64,000 nt of DNA from Owenia fusiformis. Lineage: Eukaryota. Within the stretch, counting starts at the first letter, position 1, and each line of letters starts with the position of its first letter. The stretch spans positions 12,090,001-12,154,000 of the forward strand of contig CAIIXF020000001.1 in the NCBI GenBank assembly GCA_903813345.2, given 5' to 3'. Of the stretch, positions 26,199-39,599 are shown piece by piece. A model generated the notes under the pieces. It saw nothing but the letters and a program-made list of their open reading frames with translations, did no database searches and was not told where the DNA came from. The translations under genes were made by a program, and so were the position numbers.

Positions 26199-26535
26199 CC
26201 CATTCACCGGTAGAATCTGAGAGATACCCATAATACCATGTGATGCCCCATAATTCGTGCCAATATTAACTGTTGTAAAGCACGCTAATCAGTTGGATTA
26301 TATCCAAGCGTTTTACTTGTTTTACATGTAATTTTGTTTTGTATACCAATTTGATCGAAAATGGGATTTCATATGATACATTATCACAAGAGTTTAATGC
26401 ATGCACAGAATTAACGACGATAAAATCCCATGAAATGAGGACCAAGTGATTAAACAGTTGAAGCGACGGTTATGTCCGCCATTTGTGATAACGGTATCTG
26501 ACTTTACCGTAGTCAGGCTATTCCGGTGTGATGGA
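26199..26535. mobile_element. Possible piggyBac-like MITE
   Basis: ATAA-CCCATTCACCGG...CCGGTGTGATGGA-TTAA imperfect termini. Confidence 0.4.
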
Positions 26536-26711
26536 TTAAGAAGGCAGATATCTTAAAAAATAGCCTGGGTAGGCAGTTTTAAATTTATAAGCCTCTACCA
26601 GAAAATTATGGTTTCTATAGCCTTAGATAGACTAAAACTAGTCAAAATTGACGATTATTTTGTTTTATGGTCTATGATGGTGGCTTTGCGGATGGGTATT
26701 AATCACTCTCA

Positions 26712-26816
26712 GAGACTGGATTTTGTCTATCCCACATCATTTGAGACTGGATTTTGTCTATCCCACATCATTTGAGACTGGATTTTGTCTATCCCACATC
26801 ATTTGAGACTGGATTT
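26712..26816. repeat. 31-bp tandem repeat, ~3.4 copies (duplicated at ~31765-31870)
   Basis: GAGACTGGATTTTGTCTATCCCACATCATTT at 26712, 26743, 26774, partial at 26805. Confidence 0.95.
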
Positions 26817-27375
26817 CAGCAAAAGAACTACATTTCTCATATTTAGAGCCAACATGTAAATACCAGGCACTGGCACCCAGGGTATCATTTCCCTTGTTGG
26901 TGAATATTTTTTGTTACATTATGTATTTTTCTTCACTGATGACATCTTTTAGCAACATTATAGTGTAGCTTTTGTAGCCATATATAATCAGTTATCCATT
27001 AGAGTCTATAACCTGAGGACTTCATAATGTTAAAGGTTGATGCTAAGCTTATTTCTTGATTAAATGAATACTTAAAGGTCAGATTATGTCTGATTTAGTA
27101 TGAGAAAAAGGACCCTATGGAGCCAGAAATCAGAAATATTTCCCTTCCAACGCCTATAGTGTGCAATAAATGTTAAAATCTTCCATTTATGTGTTAAATT
27201 GACAGCTTAATTTTTCGGGAACATACACTCATCCAATGATAAGTTCCCAAAGGACAAATAGAATGTCTGAAAGATCTGCCTAAGTTATATAAAGATCTCA
27301 TTTGGAAAAAGCAATATGACATTTTAACAATAAAAATTAAGTAACTTAAAGAGGCAATCCCTTTAAGTAAATCAT

Positions 27376-30300
27376 CAGTTCAGGCATCAGGTGTTCAGAG
27401 AAAATATAAGTCACCAGAGAATCAAGTGCTGTAACCATATTTTTGGGTTTCTGGTAGAAGCTTTGAAAATACCATTTATAATTGAATAAAAGACAATTGC
27501 CAATATTTCTAGAGTTTAAGATATTATCATCAATGATTGGGGATGATTGATCTTCTTCTTGATGCTTATTGGCAGTTTATCTTTTTCTGGTGTTTGAGGT
27601 TCCAGGTTCAACTCCCAGTTCAGATGAATTATTTTGTTGAGATGAAATATGTTTCTTTTATTGATCAAATACACGTCTGCATTGAAATTTGTCCTTCGTT
27701 GATGATGTAATTTAAAGCTTTTATTATAGAGTATTTTTCTTCTCATTAATGTAGAGAATACATCATTACATAACCAAGATGTAATTATAAAGAAAATTAT
27801 GAATTACTTACATATAGTGTATATTGAATAATAATTACTTTTGGCCAACATGAAACACAGTCTATCTAAGAGTAAAGATGATTTTGTTAAATTATCAGAA
27901 ACAGTTATTTTATATCACAGATCAGAAATTAATGTTTGTAGCACAAATTACATATAATGATGAGGGTCTTAACTTTTAGCTTAACTTTATTTTAGCACAA
28001 GGTGGGCTGGGTAAAATTATAAATAATTGTTTTATATTTTATTGAATTGTAAGACTGACCACTAAAAATAAATAAACTTAACTAAACTATAATGGCAGAG
28101 TAAATTATTAATACGCAGCTACATATTGTTAAAAATTAGGAACTAACCCTTTGAATTACACTAGGTGGACTTTTGTCATGTTTTTGCCCTTCTAGCTACA
28201 ATTTTCACTTTCTGTTCAGATTATTGTCTGACCTTATTTTTTAGTCCTCGTAAATTATACCTCTCATAGCTAGATTTATTTATTCAACCTATAAATGCCA
28301 ATGAGCTGACAACTTTAATATAACATCAGGTATATTTATTAGTTATTAGTCCATTATACGCTAGTGTAACATTATAAGACTTGTACTTTAATAGAAAGTA
28401 CAAAGGGAAACATATGAGAAACAGAAACTGGTATTCTCAGACTAACCATGTCATCTAATCAAGCAGAGTTATGCGAGAGGTTGTGATATCTTTGGAGATT
28501 GCAGGGTTTTCTAGCAAATAGAATTTTGTAAAAAATCAAGGTTTGGCCATTGAGTGCTTTTCTTCTTGTTACTTAAATTGCCACTCATATTGTAAAACTT
28601 TGGCAATTAGCTGATTGCATTTCATTTATGTTAATATTAGAAATACATTGATAACATGAATGAAAAAATCTTTCTTGTTTATCATTTTGAAATGAAGCAC
28701 AATGTATGTTGTTTTGCAGTTTTAAACCCATTTCAAGTCTGTTAAAAAAAATTCATTGATTTGCTTAAAATCTTACAGATAGCTAAAACAATAAATAACC
28801 TCCACATAACACCCAGAGTACTCATGGTGATATTTTACCAATGGATACTGCAAAGTAAATCATATTCTCAAGATATTCATTTTAAAAGATTAAAGGCAGA
28901 ATAAGATCTAAAGGCAGTGACAAAATTGCAAAGCAATATATACAATTGACCTATCAATCTATTTCTTATAATACAATTTCCAAAATATCCGCAATATGTA
29001 ATAAATTGGTGAAGTTATTAAGGATTCAAAGTTCAAAAGTGAGGGAAAATGTCTAAATTCCCCCAAATAATAAATATGGTCATCATATTTATAGAAAAAA
29101 TAATACATTATTGTAAAAATCTTTATTTTTTCTGAAATAAAGTATGCATTTGGGGATTTTTAGAAAATAGACATGACAAGGAAATATGAGCCAAAAATAT
29201 TTTAAAATTGAAACAATTTTTGTTTAGCTTGCTCACCTAAGACTTCACACCTAATAAACCATATGCTTGGCATCCCACTTCATTTGCTAATTACTTCTAT
29301 CGCTATAATTCTTTACTAGATATAATACTTGTATAATACATGTACCATCACAGTACTATCATATGTATATAATGTAAATAATATGTATATAAATAAAGTA
29401 TGATGAAAAAAACAATTTTCTAAATTTCGGGAATATCAAACACATTCTACAATAAAAAAAATGAGCTCAAATCAGTTCAAGAAGCATACATTTGTATGTT
29501 TGGTTTCTATAAAACATATCTTGTTGATAGGTAATGCTTTAGTAAATAACCAATTCACTGGTAGAATCTGAGAGATACCCATAATACCATGTGGTGCCCC
29601 ATAATTCGTGCCAATATTAACTGTTGTAAAGCACGCTTATCAGTTGGATTATATCCAAGCGTTTATACTTGTTTTACATGTAATTTTGTTTTGTTTTTCT
29701 ATGTTTGGTTGTTTGTCCGTTTTGTTGAGGCCACGTGATTTAACAAAGTTAGGTATCTATATCAACTTTATCCCATTGGCTCTTGAAGGCTTATGAATGA
29801 AAAATCATTGTAATACCTCAATTTAGTGTTATTAAATGATAGTGACTAGTCAAAAGTACTTATTCTGAACCAATAATATTGAATTGATTTCTTTATAGGG
29901 GCAATGTGGTAATCACACATCCTCAATAGCTCTGGCAATTAAGTCAATCCTTTCAAGAAGACATGATCTTCAAAAAATAAAGTAATTCATAAATGATCCC
30001 TATTAGTTCTATGCCAGTTTTAATGATTATTTGGCCAGTTTTAATGATTATTTTAGTAGGCTATTTAAAAAATAGTATCGAACCTTTAATATCCATCCTT
30101 CGAGACTAAATTCTCTAGTACTTTGCCTATTTACAGTATTCATATTCATATTGATCAAATCCTAAAATGAACCCCAAAGTTTGATCACTTTAGAATAAGA
30201 ATTCATAAATCCCATTTATACGTTAGGAGTCCCATTTTATCCAGTTATGAAAAAAAGTTTTAAGGGTCAATAAACCAGAAAGCCTTGATATACTTATATG

Positions 30301-32394
30301 ATTTAATATGTTCTTTCTCTGAGACCTTGAGACTTCACTGATATGTGTCAAGATGAATATTTTGCAGTAATAACCTATATCGGAATACTTGATTTTGATT
30401 GGTAAAAGGACAGTCAATAGTTTTGACTGTTCACTGTGTATTAAATTGCTGGTCATAAATAGATTTGCGGATGCTAGTTTCAACAATAAGGAAAATCATT
30501 TTCTTCAGGTAATTAGTTAATTTTTTTCTTCTCTAATCGGAGTATTTAGGATTTCATATTAGTAATTGAAAGGAAAAACTCTCTGGCTAATCCCATAAAA
30601 AAGTGCTATTGAACTATATTGCATGTCCTAAAATCAGATAACAGTTGCAATAATGAAAAATGAAAATCTTGTTGTAACATTTCCCAAGGGTAGATGTCAG
30701 TGTCAGACTGCCCTCATTGGTATTGTCACAAAACCTGGTGGATTTCTCACCAGGTCTTCGAACCCTTCTCTACCGTTAATCTTCAATATTAAAGAAACAG
30801 TCACTAAATGCAGAATTCAGATCTTGCAATAGTTTCTAGGCCCGTAACCAGTTTTTGCCAAGGGGGTTCACTTCAGAAATATCAGGGGGCGTCACGTTGA
30901 CAAATACCCTCAAAAATCACGTGCATGGAAAATGCTTTGACTTTGAAAGAAATTTTGACCAGGGGGGGGGGTCACCCAAAATACTCGAACCCCCTAACTT
31001 TGGACCTGGTTTGTAAGATATTTCATCAATGTCATTTCCCTCTTGACTGAACATTTTCAGCGTAATCTGTGAAGTCTGCTGACATTGTAATCATGTTACA
31101 GCCAAGTTGCCAGTCAGTTTTTAGATCAGTTCTTGTTTGACAAATCCTACCTTTAAGTATGATTCATGAGGTTGTATGTATATTTAGCTACATCAAATGT
31201 CGTCCTTATTCAACCCAAGGTATAATATACCACTTCAATGTAAAGCCTTATTCTAGTCATCAGGTTTTTCTGGATTTAATCTGAAGGTTGTATCGTTAAA
31301 GACAAAAGTACAATATCATTAATTAAAATCAAACTCATTACAATAGAATGTTTCTCCAATGAACCATTTAGCAGAGTTGATACGTTCACACATTCTATTT
31401 TGAATAGATATTAGAAAATTACTTAAATGAGGCAAGAAATACAATAGGGAATTCAAATGAGAGACTGTCATTGCATCTTTGGTTGCTTTAGGCGGGTGGC
31501 AGATAATTCAAGAAGAGAGGAGGCACAGTTGGTCCCTGTAAAAATGGTATATTTGGGTGAACATGAAAATTGGAGTGTCACATAACCCCAAAATTTGCTC
31601 AGACCATGGATTAAGAAGGCAGATATCTTAAAAAATAGCCTGGGTAGGCAGTTTTAAATTTATGAGCCTCTACCAGAAAATAGACTAAAACTAGTCAAAA
31701 TTGACGATTATTGTGTTTTATGGTCTATGATGTTGGCTTTGCGGATGGGTATTGATCACTCTCAGAGACTGGATTTTGTCTATCCCACACCATTTGAGAC
31801 TGGATTTTGTCTATCCCACATCATTTGAGACTGGATTTTGTCTATCCCACATCATTTGAGACTGGATTTCAGCAAAAGAACTGCATTTCTCATATTTAGA
31901 GCACCCAGGGTATCATTTCCCTTGTTGGTGAATATTCTTTGTTACATTATGTATTTTTCTTCACTGATGACATCTTTTAGCAACATTATAGTGTAGCTTT
32001 TGTAGCCATATATAATCAGTTATCCATTAGAGTCTATAACCTGAGGACTTCATAATGTTAAAGGTTGATGCTTAGCTTATTTCTTGATTAAATGAATACT
32101 TAAAGGTCAGATTATGTCTGATTTAGTATGAGAAAAAGGACCCTATGGAGCCAGAAATCAGAAATATTTTCCTTCCAACGCCTATAGTGTGCAATAAATG
32201 TTAAAATCGTCCATTTATGTGTTAAATTGACAGCTTAATTTTTAGGGAACATACACTCATCCAATGATAAGTTCCCAAAGGACAAATAGAATGTCTGAAA
32301 GATCTGCCTAAGTTATATAAAGATCTCATTTGGAAAAAGCAATACGACATTTTAACAATAAAAATTAAGTAACTTAAAGAGGCAATCCCTTTAA
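27376..32394. repeat. Segmental tandem duplication, copy B (5.0 kb)
   Basis: See copy A; carries extra segments 28411-29048 and ~29695-31605; lacks the hAT-like insertion. Confidence 0.95.
30223..30560 (-). pseudogene. Decayed Ig-like domain remnant
   Basis: TPIREEKN*LIT*...SKLLTVLLPIKIKYSDIGYYC (30364-30387), similar to the Ig F-strand D-x-G-x-Y-x-C motif but one residue short. Confidence 0.4.
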
Positions 32395-33274
32395 CTCTGA
32401 TCTAAAATGTACCAAAAATAAAATATAACTTTCTCCATCGGAATAGCTTGATGCAAACCTTCTTCATGTAAATTAAGGAATAAATAATGATAGGCCATTC
32501 AATATGGTGAAATTCAGCACGAGTTGGACAGAATGTTGTACAAAGCACGAACCGAAGGTGAGTGCATTTGTACTAACATTCTGTCCAACGAGTGCTGAAT
32601 TTCACCATATTGAATGGCCTATCATTATTTATTCCGATTCAAACATAAAAATTAGTAAAAGCCGTGTCTGTGGAACGGGCATGGAGGAAGAATACGCATG
32701 CTATCCCCGGACAGAGCCCCAGATGTGCAGCTGAGATGTGACGTCACTCAAAACAATGCAAATTGCAGATTGAATAGAGCATGGTCGTGCATCTATGGAG
32801 AATTAGAGAACGTTCTATATTGGCTATGCTGCATTCTGATTGGTTGAGAAATTCGAATAGAGCACGGTCATGTTTGAATATTGCATATTGCTCACATTGT
32901 AAGTACAATAGAGAACTACGTTTTAGAAATTGAAACAGGTGAGAGCTTTTTTTGTTATGTCACCACCATAAGCGGTGCCATTTTGTTATGGTCTCCAACT
33001 TTTTTGTGGGTGGTGTTTGGCATTCAGCGGTTGGTATTTGGTGTTTGGTATTCGGCTTTTGGTATCTGTAACAAATGCCAGGTAGTGACATTTTGCATGT
33101 TAATGCTTCTTTTGGAACTTGTCATGCATGTTACTAGATGAGCAATTATTTTCAGACTCAATATTTACAGAACGGAAAGTATCAAAGTATGTTTATGGTA
33201 CAAATTGCTGGCTGTCATGCTTTTCCTTTGTTTTTTAAGATTTCAGTTAAAGGGATTGCACCTTTAAGTTACTT
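32367..33274. mobile_element. Element bounded by a 30-bp inverted repeat, containing nested hairpin and HINE-like elements
   Basis: AAGTAACTTAAAGAGGCAATCCCTTTAACT vs reverse complement of 33245-33274 (28/30). Confidence 0.55.
32477..32888. mobile_element. Hairpin + IR non-autonomous element (Crypton-like architecture)
   Basis: 159-bp palindrome with perfect 44-bp outer arms (32477-32635), followed by ATTCAAACAT...ATGTTTGAAT IR enclosing TGACGTCA and GATTGG. Confidence 0.7.
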
Positions 33275-34944
33275 AGTAATTCAAATGAGGTGATTCAATG
33301 TTGTTAAGTATTATCTTTCCTTTAATTAGTAGTTTGATTTGACACCTATCTTTGATAATAATGTGAAATTTTGATCTATTTGCACATATACCTTTCTATA
33401 ATGATGATATATATGTTTACGATGAAGGAAGATGTTTGATTTATATAAAAGACATTAAACATCAATGTCAATGAATGACTGATATAAGGAAGTACATACT
33501 GTGAGTGATTGATGCATTTGGAATGATTTTGATAAAGCACAAATAATGCTACCAACCAAGAACAACTTGTTTTAGTAAATTTTAAAATTGTATTTTATCT
33601 TTTTGCTTTATTAGGAACTCCAGAAAATTAATGTCCTCTTGCAGGAAAAAACAAGAATATGGATGAGTTAACATTTACTGATGATATTGACTGACACCCT
33701 ACTAAAGCTTTAGAGAACACCTCTGGTGATAATATGAAGTTTATGTATGGTTTTTTATTTACTTTCCAAAATGCCAATAAATGGAGGTAATGTTGGTATG
33801 TCATGAATTCCTTTAATTATTAAAATATGATATTCATGATATTTTTTTGCACGAATAGAAATATGAGTAAACCTATATGAGCAAATCACGCAATAATATT
33901 AGTACTGTAATAATGGGGAGCTAGAATCAGAGAGATTGAGCCTGACAAAACTAAAAGCAACATTTTTGATTTTCTTACCAATTTTTCCTTGAGTAATCAA
34001 AATATGATATGTGAAAAAGGTCAGTGATTGGTTGTTACTGAAGATTTTTCTTTTATGAGAATGTACATATTTTAGAAGGACTGAAGTATTTGATACTTAA
34101 TTCTTGATGATTTATATCTAAATTGGTTTCTTGAGGAAGCACGTTAAAATCTACATTCTTTGAATAAGGCATAATGTATTGGTGATTTTTAGAAAATAGG
34201 CAAGAGAAAATATAAATCAACTGATTTAAGACACCTAAGTTTGTGAAAGTTGCACTCTATGTGTGATACTATCTTTAGTGGAATTGTTTTCTGTCTGCCA
34301 CATTTTGTTATTTTTACAGTATTGTTATCTTCCATTGCAAACACTGAGCCTGGATGTGGAAATGATTGAAATAAAACAAGCTAGAGTATAGTGCTATAAA
34401 AACATTACTCATATCCATTTTAGATGTATTATCTGTAACTCAATTCATATTATCATTAGGCATTTTTTCAACAAGCTGTTGTCTATAAAAACAAGTTTCT
34501 ATAGTTCTGGATTTCCATGACAATGAATTCTGTAGATCTATTCTTGAAGTATAATTATTTCTTAAAACAACATTTTCTATGGTTCAGAATTTCCATGCCA
34601 ATAAACTGTGTAGACCTTGAAAAATAAATTGAGGTTTTAGATTTTCTGATATCAGATTTCCTGAACAGAGGTATTCATGTAATTATACAGATGAAACAAA
34701 ATATCATAGCACTATCATGTCAACATAGAGAGAATTGAAATTCGTCTCGTCAGTGTCACGTTTATACTATGACTGGGAAAAAATGTGCATAGTAGTTGTA
34801 TTATCTGTCTTGTTTAATTGATCTATACTTTGTCTAACACCTACACTTAGGAAGTCAAAGGAAGCATTGTAATTGTAAGTTAGATGCTAATATAAGTGTT
34901 TTTGATCAAAGGATCCCACACACGAAAAAACTGAAAATGTTTAA

Positions 34945-35664
34945 AGGAGTGGTATCGATATGGAGAACTTTTTGAACACACGTTTCTCTTAAACCAGTCA
35001 TAAAAAAAATCTAAAAATTTAAAACATCGTTAATTTGATGGTCATCTTTTGAATGGTAACAATATAATTCGAAAAATATATATATACTTTCATCTATATT
35101 GTTTTATAAAAACACATCAAACACTTGTTTTGTTCTTGGTATCATGTTTCCAGAGTGAAATGAAACATCTTTCCGAACCTCATTTGAACAAAACGATATA
35201 AACACAACATGTTTAGGTCTCTCAATATTGTAATTGTACAAAGGAAATTTTGGTTGATTTTAAAAAAGTATCTTGTTAATGAAATAAAAGGTTTATCTTG
35301 ATTTTATCTATTTTGGGGGGATTTTGTTTTAAGTTTTTGAATACCTTTTTAAAATCAACCAAAAATTCCTTTGTGTAACTATAATATTGAGAGGTCTAAA
35401 AACATGTTGTATATGCTATTTTGTTCCAACAAGGCTCGGAAAGACATTTTATTTCATTCTCAAGAATTGGTAGAAAGGAGCAAAAACAATTGCACTAAAA
35501 AAACAAAAAATTTCAATAAAAAACTAATAATTAATTTTCTCATTAAATTGTTGTCAATCAGTCAATATTACATAAAATACCGTGTTTTTTTGCAGAATGT
35601 TTTCAATGATTGGTTTAAGAGAAAAACATTGTTGAATTCAGTTCTCCATAGCGATACCACTCCT
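34945..35664. mobile_element. Fold-back MITE, Kolobok-like (TTAA-AGGAGTGGTATCG...CGATACCACTCCT)
   Basis: Terminal IR plus ~300-bp imperfect inverted arms; left TTAA, right flank degenerate (TTGG). Confidence 0.75.
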
Positions 35665-37399
35665 TTGGGCAAGCTGTCCCAGTCAGTTATTATTGATTGT
35701 TTTTGCCAGAATGAAAGAAAATATCTATTTCAAGTAATGAATGAGAAAAATGGGGGATTGATGAAATGCAAATATTCTTAAATACAATAACAGAATGATC
35801 CATTCCCTATTTTGATAACTAACCCTAAGTGGAAGTTTAGTATATAAGCTGCAAAAAATACATTCCCCTTGATCAGGTAGACCTGGGAAAGACAAGTACA
35901 TGTACATGACAACATCTATGAAAGTCACATCATTTGAGGGGGTGTTGCTAATTGTCTCTTGTTACCGAATAGGCAATCCATATCAATTTTTGCTGAGGTG
36001 AACTCATATTCCTCAGATACTCTGAAGTGGCAAGTGCGCCTTGATATATGTACTTTTCAATAAAAGTCCCTCGAGGCAGGAAAATATCAGATATGAAGGA
36101 AAAATGTCAATAGAGATTTAACAAGTTTACTTTTGACCAATACAGTAAAACCTGTCTATTAGCGAACACCTCTCTACAATGAACACACATCCCTAGTGGA
36201 CATCTTTCCCCTCTGCACATACTCTACTGACGTCTGTATACACGTTTCCTCTCTCTAATGAACACCTACCAACACTGAACGTTTTTTCTTTGCAAAAAAG
36301 GTTTAATATTCACAGGTTTTACTATACTCAGAGCTTATCTGCTTCTCTGCAGTTGAGTTGTTTTTAGCTTACATCCTAATCCCATTGGATCAACTCTGAT
36401 TTTGCAGCTTTTCAGTAAATTGCTAGACAAAATTAAGGGAGGGAGGGGGAACATGTACAAGGCATAAGATCTAGTATTATTAATACCACCATCATTCTAT
36501 TATTGGTGATGGTGGGCCCAACAAGCCATAAACATTTGGTATAAAAATTGTTTTGGATCTTATATTTACCTTGGTTTCTCAACAAATTTTGTCTTATTTA
36601 TAGCATTGCTAATTTCATATTTTCCACATATATAATTCTCAAATAAGGTCGGGTTGTCTTATCTTTCTTTTTATGTTTCATTGTTATTTCAATACAGTGT
36701 CTTTTAGAATCCATTCTAGGACAAACATATAACATTATTCAAATAAATGTGTTGATAATAGGACTAGAGATGTTAAGAAAGCAATGATTGACTTCTAAGA
36801 AATTGATTTGTTTTTTAAGCCACTTTTTGTTTCTCTTGGGTCCACGAAAAGCCAATGGATGCCACATTAATGTTTGTTAAAGATCACAGCCACTTTAATA
36901 TGAAAATTGTTTTTTAAGCATACGTCAACTCCCTCTAGACATTTTTAAATGAAGCCTTAAAACATAATACCCGTGGTTCAGTTCCTGGTGTTTTGATTAT
37001 TTTATCTTGAGAATACATCAGAAATAAAATCAAGAAATCGTCGAATTGAACATACAGTCTATGCATTATACCACTATTATACCATTATATTCTGCCACAG
37101 ACAGGAATTGAGGTAAGTATATATCTATTTCTACTAAGGTGTACTGTAATAGTTGCTAAAATTATCATTTAATAAGGTAATAATTCAAGAAAGTCTTGAT
37201 GTTTAATGCCATTACAAAATGTTGATAAACCCTTTTTGGCAATGTTGGCATTTTTTAGATCTTTCCAAAAATGAGTCTGTCAGTGTGCAATTAAAGAGTG
37301 TATTAATCTTTTCTAAACTATTTTCGAGGTTGTCATATTATCATATCATAATTCTGTATAAACATAATAATAATGACCATTTTTTCTTTGCAACAGGTT

Positions 37400-39420
37400 T
37401 CAATTACTTGCATCATCATTGCAATGTGCCGATGTCCCTTCACCATCCTTGATAGGATGATAGTATCTATAAGGTAATATGTAAACCAGGTACATGTATA
37501 TTAAAGATAGAACTAAAACACATGTATAGATGTAGTGTAATTTAAGTATTCCATATACTATTTTGTAAATTGTGATTTCCAAGAATTTGTTCACTTTCTG
37601 ATCTTAAGACCTAACAGATATACCTTTATCTTTGTATTTTGCAGGAAGTTGAAAGTATGAAGATGCTGATGTTTTTAGAATCCTTGGAGGATATTTCTAC
37701 GATACAACCAATGGACTCTATGATGTACTTTCATATAATGAGGAATCATAAAAGAAACGATAATGTAGAAATTTCTTCTGCCAGATTGCACTCGACAAAT
37801 GCACTTAAGGAATTTTATACCTCAATTTTAAATGTCAATGAGTCACTAATAGACAAATTATATGCTGTAACATTGGCAGGCACACCTGGTTCACCAAAGT
37901 GATGTTCATCAAGAGCATTCACAAGTCTTGTTGAGATTTCTATCTACTTCATTGATAAGAGTATCAGTTCTTTCAAAATACATTTAAAGTTGATTGCTTC
38001 CAGAAGTACATTGTAAGATGTTCTTTAAGTTGTAAACAATGATTTTAAGTGGATTTTTTGTTTATGCTTTAGTATGCTTCAATGTGTTTATTTTGCAGGT
38101 CTTGCCCCTTGTGTTTTCTAACCATCTTTTTACATTTTTGATGCATCTCTAATGTTGTTCTTCATGTAGGATTGTGAATTCAGATTCAGTCCTATGTCAG
38201 TTTTATGTGATCAATCAGGTTGAGTATTAACCCTCTTTATCCCATAGATCTAAGGACCCACTTTTAATCCTTAAGGGTAGGACTATTCTTACAAGCCAAT
38301 GTAATTTGATTTCCCCTGTGCATGCAGCTTGTATTTTAGAGGTAATTAAGCCCAGTGTTTTAAATATCTATGATTGTTTGATAGGAACTACCCATTTACT
38401 TAAGCTTATCATATTTCCAATATCCATGGCATTATTATTGCCCAAAGATGGATTGTGATTAATTTCTTCATTTTAGTTGTCAGAGTGAAATCAATATATC
38501 GGTTGTTTAGAACTTCAGCAATTGGGGCAGAGCAGTGTCAGATTGTGGTTAAAGGTTTTCATTACTTAATGTTTACATTTACGAGATTAAAGGCATTTTA
38601 CCTATTATCAGTTAATTCCATTTTGGTTTTCCTTCATCTATGAAAAATGCCAAATGCAAGAAAATGTATGTTACATTGATGAATTAATTGTATGGTAAAG
38701 AATGTAAACAACTATGGACTTGATATGCCTGTTATCAGATCCGTCTGTCTATAAGTTGATCCATACGTAATTAATGGATTTATTTGTTATCTCCAAAAAG
38801 GTTATTTGTGCTTGTAAAGCTATCAAATTATTTTCGGCACTGTCAGGATTTTCTTATTTTCAGGCATTTATCCGCTATGATATTCATAGACCTGTCTTAT
38901 TTAATGTTTTCAATTATTTTGTTTTTGCGATGTACTTTAATATTAGAGATGTGACAGCCTGTGATGCCCAATAGTTAGATTCCCAATACTTTAATAAACA
39001 TTTAGCACATCAGATGGATGAACACAAGATCTTTGTGATTATTGGTTGGCATTTTAAGTGAATGAATGACCTTTACCCTAACATCATAGATTTATATTAA
39101 CTTATTCATCTTAGTTCAAGGTCTGGAATTTGAGGTACCTTTAATTGGTAACTTGATTCGAGTTTCAAGAGGAATTGTAGTAATGTCATTATCAGATGTA
39201 TTCCACATACATGTATCTAATTACAGCTGTTTCAGTTTGTATTGATTTACATTGATGTAATTCTTTGTTTGCTTCTATGAATTCAATAGTGCTGCCAACT
39301 TATGGTCAAGACAATCGGTATATGTTGTCCTCTCCATACTTCTGTTTATTTCATTGACTGAACACATAATGTACCCTTGAATAATTGATATTATAGCATG
39401 TCATACACTGTATTAAATTC
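37400..39420 (-). pseudogene. Decayed intronless Ig/FN3 + TM membrane-protein gene
   Basis: RGNQITLAC (38291-38317), GEPGVPANVTAYNLSISDSLTF (from 37895; FN3-start-like), hydrophobic segment YIYTCVLVLSLIYMYLVYIL near 37500; scattered stops and frameshifts. Confidence 0.45.
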
Positions 39421-39599
39421 ATATTCAAATATCCCTGTACATTGTATTATGCTGAAATGTTGAAACATTTGCATACATAGGAAATCATGGATGGATAACT
39501 GTTGTAATATCATCTCTGTATTTCAATGAATAGAAATCTGCACAATCTGCACAGGTGGATTAAACGAGATAAAATATATTCCTGCTAAATATGTATGTG

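Larger units (their letters stand above)
23466..27366. repeat. Segmental tandem duplication, copy A (3.9 kb)
   Basis: Colinear and highly similar to 27376-32394 from CAGTTCAGGCATCAGG to GGCAATCCCTTTAA. Confidence 0.95.

Noticed and set aside
32477-32635. Long hairpin as a candidate pre-miRNA or structured ncRNA
   Set aside because: Better explained as part of the recurrent hairpin+IR mobile element; no known mature miRNA recognised
35371-35781. 136-aa ORF
   Set aside because: Runs through the arm of a fold-back MITE; K/N/I/F-biased composition typical of AT-rich non-coding DNA
37639-37902. + strand ORF ending AGTPGSPK, resembling a Walker A motif
   Set aside because: Lacks GK[ST] and is followed by a stop; it is the antisense shadow of the FN3-like minus-strand frame
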